Shown here one piece after another: positions 32,481-43,200 of a DNA stretch of 64,000 nt. The stretch lies in contig CBDHHL010000056.1 in assembly GCA_965263355.1 (NCBI GenBank), forward strand, positions 480,001-544,000, given 5' to 3'. This DNA comes from Leptolyngbyaceae cyanobacterium (GTDB lineage: Bacteria; Cyanobacteriota; Cyanobacteriia; Phormidesmidales; Phormidesmidaceae). The translations under genes and the position numbers were made by a program. A model generated the notes under the pieces. It worked only from the letters and a program-made list of their open reading frames with translations, was not told the origin of the DNA and did not search any database. How positions within the stretch are numbered: position 1 is the stretch's first letter; the number at the start of each line of letters is the position of its first letter.

Positions 32481-32972
32481 TCAGATTTCTATCCACAGTA
32501 GCTTTAGCCTACGCTCAAAAGCACCTCGGTCCAAATGTCTTTGCATCTGACATGCCTGAATTTGATTCCGTTGGATATTGTGGACAGTTGCGATCGCATA
32601 AATAATTTCCAAAATATCCGCCAGTTCCCTTACAAGGTCGTCATCGACCATTTTTACAGCTACCTGCACCTTTTCATCTAGCAAATGCCATAGCGCCTGA
32701 TAATACTCAGCTTGCTTCATTTCCTCAACGGCATACCCTATATTCCGACTTTCCAAAATTTCTGGCATGCGGTCCCTGCCCAGCTTATTGCAGTCTTTAC
32801 GAACCAACACATTGGCAACATCCTCTCCAGGTGACAAATACGCCATAGTGTAATCGTTTTGTGGAGCCGAACGACGAAGTAATCGTAGACAATTTTCTGC
32901 ATCCGACCGTTGCCGAAACCGATTAACCACTACCCGCCGCATTTTTGGTAGCAAGCGAATAATGGCCCACAC
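32481..32972 (-). CDS. small cyanobacterial domain fused to a degenerate MazG-like NTP pyrophosphohydrolase
   Basis: N-terminal WAIIRLLP..RFRQRSDAE; C-terminal NKLGRDRMPEI...ELADILEII...RGAFERRLKL. Confidence 0.7.
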   Translation of the reverse strand: MWAIIRLLPKMRRVVVNRFRQRSDAENCLRLLRRSAPQNDYTMAYLSPGEDVANVLVRKDCNKLGRDRMPEILESRNIGYAVEEMKQAEYYQALWHLLDEKVQVAVKMVDDDLVRELADILEIIYAIATVHNIQRNQIQACQMQRHLDRGAFERRLKLLWIEI

Positions 32973-33078
32973 ATGCTAATGGACTAACACTCATCAAAAA
33001 ACAGTTGAATCAGGTCAAACCGGAATGAGACACTAGCATAGAGTGCATTCCGGTATTATCAGCTTGGGAAGGGCTGAA

Positions 33079-33142
33079 CTAGAAATCATTTTCTAGAAAT
33101 AAACGGATTTTGTCAACTCAATTTCTAGAAAATAATTTCCAT
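33079..33142. promoter_or_regulatory. candidate XRE operator palindromes
   Basis: ctagaaatcattttctag (33079-33096) and the related ctagaaaataatttccat (33125-33142) just before the XRE start. Confidence 0.45.
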
Positions 33143-33364
33143 ATGACATCATCTCAGTCTGGACAAGTTAATTTCAAGCAACTGCGGGAGCAGGCTGGCC
33201 TTTCTCAGGAAGCCCTAGCACGAGTTATTGGTGTTAGTAGCAAGACCGTTAGCAATTGGGAACGTGGTATAAGTGTGGCTAGTTTGACAGTGCCTCAAAT
33301 GAAAACGCTTTGTGATTCCTTAAATGTGACGCTAGATAATTTGCCTGACGACTTCAGTTCATAA
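33143..33364 (+). CDS. XRE-family HTH regulator
   Basis: LREQAGLSQEALARVIGVSSKTVSNWERG; ATG at 33143. Confidence 0.9.
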   Translation: MTSSQSGQVNFKQLREQAGLSQEALARVIGVSSKTVSNWERGISVASLTVPQMKTLCDSLNVTLDNLPDDFSS

Positions 33365-33538
33365 AATGTGGATATTCAGAATGCAGTAATCTCTCTAGAT
33401 ATCCCACTATACGGAACCAGTGTCTTGCCGATAAAGGTAGCTAATCCTGTTACTTAAATTCCACCTGTTTTGACGCTTATACGTTAGCCGATAAGACAAT
33501 ATTTACCTGGCTTAGTTTCTTCCAAAGAATGGTAACAT

Positions 33539-34066
33539 CTAGTTTTCTACAGGACGATACGAAATCCCTCCTTCATCGTCATCATAATATTCTTCCATGC
33601 CGACGGAGGCTAAAGACCTCTCCCTTGGACGTTGCGATGCAAATCCACGTAAAGTTTTAGCGGTTGAATCCGATGCCAGCAATGCAGCCCACTTAAACAG
33701 TCTTTTTACATTGAGGCCCATTTTCTCAGCCACATGGGAAATAACTGGTAGGTGCAACAGATTCTCGCGTAAATCTATGCGAAAGTCCTCAATTACATGT
33801 GCTAATAGGGCAATCTTCAATGAATTTTCATCACCATTTCGAATTGCAATTGTTGCAAACCGGCTACTAAAACCAAGGATTAAAGGTCTGATATCATCTG
33901 AAATGATATTCTTTATTTCTTTGGCTTCGGCGGCGGTAACAGAACTATATATTAGTGCAAGTTCTCTAAACTCGTTATCTAATTTTCCAGGAATTGTTTT
34001 CCCGTATCCGACCCACTTCATTTTATCAAAGGTGGCCAAGATTTCTAGAACTCTACTCTTACTCAT
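33539..34066 (-). CDS. putative immunity protein of the RHS toxin
   Basis: 175-aa AT-rich helical protein directly downstream of, and co-oriented with, the RHS gene. Confidence 0.65.
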   Translation of the reverse strand: MSKSRVLEILATFDKMKWVGYGKTIPGKLDNEFRELALIYSSVTAAEAKEIKNIISDDIRPLILGFSSRFATIAIRNGDENSLKIALLAHVIEDFRIDLRENLLHLPVISHVAEKMGLNVKRLFKWAALLASDSTAKTLRGFASQRPRERSLASVGMEEYYDDDEGGISYRPVEN

Positions 34067-34133
34067 TATTTTCGACTAAATTTAGACTTGATTGATAGCT
34101 TAGAAAGCAAAATTAATTAAATTCCAACATTTC

Positions 34134-34167
34134 GATGTACAGACGTTCCATGGAATGTCTGTACATC
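34134..34167. repeat. REP-like palindrome
   Basis: gatgtacagacgttccatggaatgtctgtacatc, a near-perfect palindrome. Confidence 0.75.
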
Positions 34168-34208
34168 ATCTATACTCTGGAATTTCTAATAGCTTGCTTC
34201 TCAATGCT

Positions 34209-37200
34209 CTATGGGCTCGTTGTACCAGTTGGTATTGCCCAACCATTGCGTATAGTATACCCAGCATCTTGTAACTGATTTAACTCTCTCCTATAAACTG
34301 TGTACTTGTATTTCTCACCGGGTGGCTTTTTCAAGGTTGACTTTTTAACTGGACTTACAAGCTTCACTGGTCTCCCTCCATCGATTGCACCTTGAAGCCA
34401 TGCATCGTTTACTTCAGGAGACCAGCCCTTCTTTGTCGTAACATTGAGCCAATGAAATCCTTGCTCAGGACCAACTCTAGAGGTATCGTCGAGACGCCCA
34501 ATAATAGAAGTCATACTGCTTGTTGCTGATTCTTGATACCATTCCCAACCAAGTATGGCCTGATTAGGATTTTTTTTGAATTTTTGATGATATCTTTCGT
34601 TAAATTCGCCGAAGGAGTTTATCAATCGTTTTGATGTGCCAATCTTATTGGCTACGACTGATCTTCGCTGAAAAGAACGTCTAAGATTACTGCGAGCACC
34701 GAGTATTCCCAAGCCAGACAACCCAGTCTGAAGCAGATCTCTCCAGGGGATTTCACCATTACAGCTTTCCCTCCAATTTCGATAGGCCCGCAGACCCGAT
34801 TCCCCTGTTTGATAAATATTGGCTCCTACATTTGTTAATTGAGCAAGACGAATACCATTCCTTGCCCATCGATTAAACTTAACAAAATCAGTTCCACGCT
34901 TTAACGATTGAGACCGATTTACCCAGGATGCGACTTTACCCACCTTGTCTGCATTTCTAACAGCGCCTGCTCCTCCAGGAATTGGTAGCAATAATGCTCC
35001 CACATCAGCCGTAATACCTACCCCATCAATCGCTGCATTTTTCCAGTCTCTTCTGCGTAAATTCACTCCTAATGATGTCACACCAACCCCTAGAGAGAGG
35101 AGATCCCAGCCTGATTCAACATAATTTCCAGTAGGATCAACATAATTCGGAGAACTATTGAAAACATACCGATAGAGATTCGCATCCCCAGCAGCAAATC
35201 CAATCGGATCTTCACTGATAAAGCGTCCTACACCAGAGTCGTAATAGCGTGCCCGATAGAAATACTGCCCACTCTCTTGGTCAAGCTCCCGTCCTGTATA
35301 TCCAAACCTAAAGTAAGCCGTAGTATTACTCTGATTTGTAACCTGTCCAAAAGAATCATAGGCGATGTGATTCAGCACCGTACCCTGGTTATTAATCACA
35401 TCCCGCACACTACCTTGATGGTCCGTCAAGGCCCAACGAGTTTCCCTGTTGGCAGTTTCTTCTGCTAGTATCTGGTCCACCTGCGGACCATGCAGATAGC
35501 GATAGGTCTGATTACCGTCACTGTCAAAGACGAGGGCAATATGGTCACCGTCGTAGACAAATCGTTCTTCTGTTGGCGCTTCTACACCTTCACCATCAGC
35601 ATCCACCACCTTAGCAATACGTCGATCATAAGCATCATAGGTGTAGGCTACTTCTCTGGTAACGCTACCATCACTACTTGTGGTCACCATTGCCGTCAGA
35701 CGATTGCGATGATCCCAGGTGTAGTCAGTGACTTCGTCCGTAGCGATGTCAACTCGGCGAGTACGGTTACCTTCGTTATCGTATTCGTAAGTATATGTAC
35801 CATCGCTTAGCAAACGATTATGGTCTCCAGTTGTATTGCTTGTGCGGTTACCAGTAGCGTCGTAGCTATACGCTTCATCATCTTGATGGTTGTAGTCAGC
35901 ACTCGTTAGCTCACTACGGTTGTTATAGCGATAGTCACTGATACCATCTGGCGTGACTAGCTGGGTTAACCGATCAGCGGCATCGTAGGTAAACCCATAG
36001 TTAGCCAGAATATCTGTACCGTGCTGATGCGTGAGACTTGTTGGCCTGCCTGCTGCATCGTAACGGTAGGCTGTTTCAGCTACAGTCTGGGTTCCTGCCA
36101 AGTCACTAAAGCGGCTTACCCCGGTCATCTGACTGGCCGCATCGTAGGCCATGTCCACTCGTTTCTCGGCTATCCCATTACCACTCTGGGTGACTTGGGT
36201 AACCCGATTCAGCAAATCATAGGCAAAGGTTTCCACACCAACTTGAATGCCATCAATACTGTCAGTAACACTTGTCAGATTATTGGCCTCATCATAGCCA
36301 TAGGTAAAGACGACATGGGATACACCAGGCGTATTGCTGTTATCAACCTCAATTAGTCGTCCGGCTAAATCATAGTCATAGGTGTAGACAGCATCGGGAT
36401 CACTAAGAGACTTAAGCTGGCTGGCCACATCATACCCATAAGTAATTGTGCGTATTAGGTTGTTATCATCATCTAACCATTGCTCAGTGTCTAATCGATT
36501 GAGGGCGTCATAAGCAAAGGTTTGGGTCCGACCATTGCGATCAACTCGCAATATTAGGTTACTGGCTTCGTCGTAGTCATAGGTGCGAGTCAGATCCACA
36601 CCATCCACCGTAATCGTCTCGGTCGTTAACAGGTCTCGCTCATCATAGGTGTAGCTTGTAACATTATCCGACGCATCCGTAATCGAGAGAATGTTACCCT
36701 CGTTATCGTAGGTAGTTGTTGTTGCCTGTTCCAGAGCATCAATGGTCTTGGTTTGACGGTTGAGTTTGTCATACTCATGGCGAGTTTGGTTGCCTAAGGT
36801 GTCGGTAAGGGATGTCAGGTTACCAACACTGTCATACTCATAGGTGAGTGTATGACCAAGTGCATTTGTTGTACGGGTCAAGAAGTCGCGACCATCGTAA
36901 TCGTAACGTGTTGTGCGGCCTAGCTCATCGGTGACTAAAACAACATTGCCGACTTCATCGTAACGAGTTTCTGTTGTGGCCCCATAGGCATCAATCGTAC
37001 GTGTCTGACGGTTGAGATTGTCATAGCTGTAGTTCACCACTCGTCCTAATTCGCCAGCCACTTGGATGAGATTTCCAAAGGCATCGTACCTGTAGTTCGT
37101 GCTATGGTTTAGCGGATCGGTGACTTGGGTTAAACGATTTAAGCTATCGTAAGTATAGGTGGTCTCCCGACCCAGTTCATCAATGGTGGAAAGCATATTA

Positions 37201-40200
37201 CCCACCCCGTCATAGCGATAGCGCATCTCCCCATCCAACGCATTGGTCGTCAAGACTAACCGATTGCGCACATCATAGGTGTAGCGTGTTTCATTCCCCC
37301 GCTGGTCAACAGAAACTGCAATATTCCCCACCTCGTCATAACTAGTTTGGGCTCGATTGCCAGCTGCATCCTCAATCTCAATCAAACGGCTGAGATGATC
37401 ATAGCGGTACCGTGTAATATGACCATTGCGGTCTCTCACAGCAACTAGATTATCCGCCGCATCATAGTCATAGTCTGTAAAGCGCTCTGTAGCATCTCGA
37501 ATTAAGATTAATCGTTGCCGTGCATCATAGAAATAGTTAGTGCGATTGCCTGCCGCATCCTCAATCATTGTGAGATTGTTATCCGCATCATACTGGTAAG
37601 TGATGGTGCCTCCCTCTGCATCGGTTTCCGCGATCAGTCGACTGCGTGCATCATGCTGATAGGTAGTCGTCTCTCCACGGGCATTGGTCATGGCTACCAA
37701 ATTACCTGCCTGGTCGTACACATAATCTGTTGTTTGGTCATCTGCATCCAACTGCTGGGTAAGGCGGTTTAGGGGATCATAAGCAAAGGATGTGGTATTT
37801 CCCCTGGCATCGGTCGTCTTAATCAGATTACCCGCCGCATCATAACCAAATAAGGTAACTGGTGCCTGCTGATCACCTGCGCCATCCGGGTCCGCATCCA
37901 CCTGCCGGATGAGACGGTTCATCACATCGTACTCATAGGTAGTGACGTTGTCATTCTCATCAATAAATTGAGTCAGATTACCGACTGTATCATAGCTAAA
38001 CAACTGGGTGGCTTCATCGGCAGTCCCCTTTGCCAAGGTGAGTTTGACCAACCGTCCAAGGTTATCGTAGTCATAGTCTTTCACCCGACCCAAATCATCA
38101 GTTTCAAAATCAACTAGGCCTGCATCAGTGTAGGTGTAGGTGGTGACAATATCATCACTGCCACCTTCTTCGCCAATCACATGACGCATTTCCAGCGTAT
38201 TTCCGTTTGTGCTATCTACTGTAAACAGAGTAGTACTGCCCAGCTCATCAGTAACTGAAGTGAGTTGACTAAAAGTATTGTCATAAGTGAACAACTTGGC
38301 ATTGACTAGCTCTCGTCGGTCGATAGCAGTTAACGGTGTCTCTGGTTCATCGGCAGGGTCTTCTGATAAGACACTCAGCTGATTAAGAAGAATATAACTA
38401 TTTTGTCGATCATGAAGCAGAACATCCGGTTCCTCGTCTAAGTTGAAATTACCAGTTAACAACGCATCTATATCAGATGGAATGGCATAGTCCTGATAGC
38501 GTTGACTATCTTGAAAATCAAATTGTCCGGTTTCATTGCCCAACAGTACTGATAGGATTGAATTGGGATATTTTCCAGCGGAAAGAATCAAATCGGCATG
38601 GCGATCATTATTAATATCGGCAATAGCAAGATTAGGTTCATCATTACTACTATCAAAACGGGTGATATTTTGAAGCTGTTGCTCACTAAACGAACCATCC
38701 CCACGACCTAAGAAGGTTTGCAAATAATAGCGATTGCTATCGTCTCCATCTTCATAGGTCAATGCGATATCGAGACTGCTATCACTATTTAGGTCTGCAA
38801 GCTTTAACCGAAAGTGATAGAGGAAAGTCTGTGTATCAGAACCTGGTGAAATTTGCTGAGCAAAGCTTTGGGTAAATGAACCGTCAATACTTCCCAACAA
38901 AGCAGCAAGGAAAACATCATTGTTATTGGTATCGTTCTCTAAATTCCCTCGACGCAAGTACACCAGATCATCTAAACCATCATGATTGATATCGGCAATT
39001 TGGGTAATAGATTCCCCATCATGATAGTCATTTGCATCATTGAGACTCACAACCGACGATGACGCTTCTTGGAAGTCACCTGTTTCATCACCCAGCCAAA
39101 TTACTAGTTCTGTAGTGTTGTCGTTACCCGCAACAAGATATGAAAAGTCAAGATTGCGATCGCCATTGAAATCCCCTACATTCAGATGCATAATTTGACT
39201 GGCAAAGAGCCATGGTGTTCCAACGGCTAGGGTTCTATTCTCATCAGTAATAATCGGTACAATCTGACTGAGTTCGGTCTGATAGTCATAGGTTGCTGCC
39301 AGAATATCTAATATCCCATCCTGGTTAAAGTCACCAGTAGCAACACTTTTAACAGTAGCGTCTAATTCAAATGCAATGGGTGTTACAAATGTGGCATCAC
39401 CATTATTAATTTGAAGAAAAACAGAATTCAGAGAATAATCTATCGACAGAAGATCGTCAAATCCATCACTATTGAAATCAGCAACCATGAGTTGTTCACG
39501 ACCTGGGGTCTCAAATGATTGAACAGTTCTATCAGGGAGGGGTAGCGTTAACTCAAAATCACCATTTCTTTGATTTAAGAGAATTGAAATGAATCCAGCT
39601 AACCCATTGCTACTAGCAACTGCAATGTCTGCAAAACCATCTTGGTTAAAGTCTTCAATAGTCAGTGTTACAGGCCATTCACCAACAGCATAATTGGCTG
39701 ACTCAATGAATTCTCCATTGCCTTGATTCAGGAGTACTGACAAGCTACTGTCCGATTCATTGGCTGTCAGAATGTCTAGGTATCCGTCGTTATTAATGTC
39801 CTTTAACTGCAATGAATCAGGTGCTGACTGAAACGAATCTCCATAGTCCCCAATGGTATAATCAGTTGCCAGTGTAAATTCAGTATTCGTCTCAGTCGAA
39901 TTAAGTAAGACAGATACTGTATCAGTCTCACCATTTACAGTAACGATATCGAGCTGATTATCACCATTAAGATCAGCTACCTTAACCTGGTGAGGTTGTT
40001 GACCAACAACATAATGTTCTACTTGAGTCAACGGTATTTCTGCGTTTCCAAAGAGCACTGTAACCGTTGTGTTATTCGTTTGGGTCGAGATAATATCATC
40101 AAACCCATCAGCATCTAAGTCCGCAATGGTGAAAGCGTTAGTTGCGTTGAGTGTTCCATCTGCACTGACTGTATTATGCGTGATAGGAGTAGAAAAGTTG

Positions 40201-43200
40201 CGATCGCCCTGATTGAGGAAAACCTCAATGCCGCCAACATTATTGGGGGTATTGATTTCAGCCTGTCTGACAATATCAATTTCACCATCACCGTTGACAT
40301 CGGCAAGTGCCATATGACCAATGTCATTGCTTTCGTTCAATGTTTCAAGATCGACCTGATCACTCAGGGCACGCTCTGGATTACCGAAGATAATAACCGG
40401 TTCGGATTTGGTATTGTAGAGGATGTCCTTGAAACCATCGTTATCGAAATCCGTGACCAGAATGTTATTTCCACTCTGATCATAATCGCCGCTAAGTCTG
40501 TTATCTCTAAGAGATACTTGTTCTACAAAGGTGCCATCACCATTGCCAAAGGCAACCGCTATTCCCCCTCTGTTGCTGCCAGAATCATTGACAATAATAT
40601 CTTGATTACCATCCCCATCTACATCATCAACGGCAATCGCGGCACCACTATGGGGCTGATTCTCAAAGGAAATACTATTACCGGCGCTAAAGCCCCCTTG
40701 GGCATCTCCAAAGAACAAAGAAATATGGGACGAGTAAGGAGTATCATTAGAACTCACCGACACTAAATCCAGATAGCCATCGTTATTTAAATCTTTGGCC
40801 ATTACTCGTTTAGGGGCCACAACTGGGAAATAGCCAGAATTACCAAATAGCTGAGAAGTAGCACTATCTGCATCAGAGCTACCTTGATTAACGATTCCAC
40901 TGGCAGAATAACCACTCTCCGACAGTTCATCCACCATACGAACTAGGTTGCCACGTTCGTCATATTCAAATGTAGTTGACTTGTTACGTCCAGTTGACAG
41001 ATTTTCTACTAGATTAGCGCTATTGCGTTGAACTGTATATTGAGTACCGACCTGGTCACGAACAGATACTGCTTGACCTGCCACATCTAAAGCCGTTATT
41101 TTTACTTGGCCACGTCCATCGCTGTAAGTAACTTGTGAACTATCGGGTGCATCAGGTAGTTTAGGTGCCACCAGAGGATCTTCAGAGGTTCTTTCTGGTT
41201 TATAAAGACCTTCTACCTGAGGAGGGTTCACCTTAATAATACGCCCATCTTTACCAATCGCTTGTTTGGCACGACCGGCAAAGTCATAAACAGCTTTTTC
41301 CTGATAGCCTCGCTTATCGATTTCACTGACCATATGACTTTTGTCATCGTAAATAAATTGACGACTAGTGCTATCAGGATCAGTAATATGCGTTAAATTA
41401 CCGTTAATGTCATACGTTAATAGCGTTTCACGATTAGCTGGATCAATAATCTTGGAGATACGTTCGTTAGTATATTCAAACCGGGTAGAGAGACCAACTG
41501 GATCAATAATCTCTGTAAGTTGTCCAATTGCATTATAAACATGCTGGGTTTGATTACCATTACGATCCGTAATCGAGACTAGGCGATTATTACTGTCAAA
41601 TGCATAAACTGTTTGTTCGTTAGTATATTCAAACCGGGTAGAGAGACCAACTGGATCAATAATCTCTGTAAGTTGTCCAATTGCATTATAAACATGCTGG
41701 GTTTGATTACCATTACGATCCGTAATCGAGACTAGGCGATTATTACTGTCAAATGCATAAACTGTTTGTTCTTTATCAATCCGCTGGAAGGTACCATTCT
41801 CAAGCTTTTTGAGTGTTGAAAAGTCACCGGGGGGAGCCACATATTCACCCTCGTTTTCAAATACAATTTCTGAGCCATTCCCATCAATGATGAGAACAGA
41901 CCCATCAGCATTTTCAATCAGCTCCTGAACACCTGCAATCCCCCAACCATTTCCAAGCTGGCTGCGAGTGCCATTAACATGCACAATGTTATTGGTAATA
42001 GTGCTAGAACGCCCTGAGAAACGACCATCCGACAATGCATAGATACCCGCTTGCAGATCATATTCATAGACACCAGACGCCAAGTCCTTCAGATTGGCTT
42101 GAATGGCAGGTTTTGCAGAAATACGGCCTCCAGTTTGAGTGCGTGATGGTACATTCCAAAAATGTTCACCACCCTCAAGACCATATTTTCCACCTTCATA
42201 ACCAGGTACTTCATATTCAAAATCACCCTGTTTGAAGGAAAGCTTAGAAATAACCCTAAACGTACTTTGTCTTGTACCATTGGCAGCAAATGTGAGTGGA
42301 ATATCAACATTAAAGTGAACAATAGGACTTGGATCTGCCCGCAGTGAATCGTAGGCTAGTGTTACTCCCCTAGAAATTCCTAACGACTGATATGAAACCA
42401 ATTCATGGGTTTCAATGATACCACCTGAAGCCAGATTTACATTCGAGGTGAAGGGAGCATCTTCTTCGTTGGCACCACAATAATGATCAGGATTACGTGG
42501 ATCACCACCACCTAAGTTAATTAATCCTCCAAGCGGCATAAAGAAATGCCATGAACTGTTGCGAATACCACCTTCAATTGTTTCAACAGAGTTACCATCC
42601 TCTGAAACAATACCAGTCCCCACTATTTCAAAATCCCCTGTAGTGGGGTTAATGGACCATAGCTCCATCTCCATACCGGCTGACCAACCTGCCCGGTTGG
42701 GTAGAGTTAATTGTGCCGGTATGTCAAATGCCATTTCCCCTGGCTGAATGGTGACCACCAGATCAGGAGATAGCCCTTCGGGTAATACAGCTGGTGTTAA
42801 ATCTGTAGGTACCTCTGAAATAGTGAATTGCCCGTCAAAAGGATTCCCTTCACGATCACTGAGCGAGTTTGCCGCTATAAAGACTTCAGCACCAAGACTG
42901 GCATTGGTAACGGTAATATTGTCCTGACTATCGATAGTTTGTTCATTATTAATAATATCTAAAGCGGGCAAGTAAATCGGACGCTCAATGACATTGTTCA
43001 CCCCTGCATAAAGATTGTGGCCTAGCACCAGGTCAATCTTCTCGGCTACATAGGGAAATACTTCTCCCGTAGGACTCTCATACTCGGTACCGTAAAACTT
43101 AAGCGTATCCGCTGCACCTGCAGGGCTAAAGGAAAGGTCATGGCCCATAAACTGACTCCAAGCTAGCATAAAGCCAGTCCCCCCTTGAGCGTCGGGAATC

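Noticed and set aside
33429..33489. Possible third attC (cgataaa/agctaat ... GTTAGCC)
   Set aside because: No convincing L''/L' pairing.
33597..34079. 160-aa + strand ORF
   Set aside because: Antisense shadow of the candidate immunity gene.
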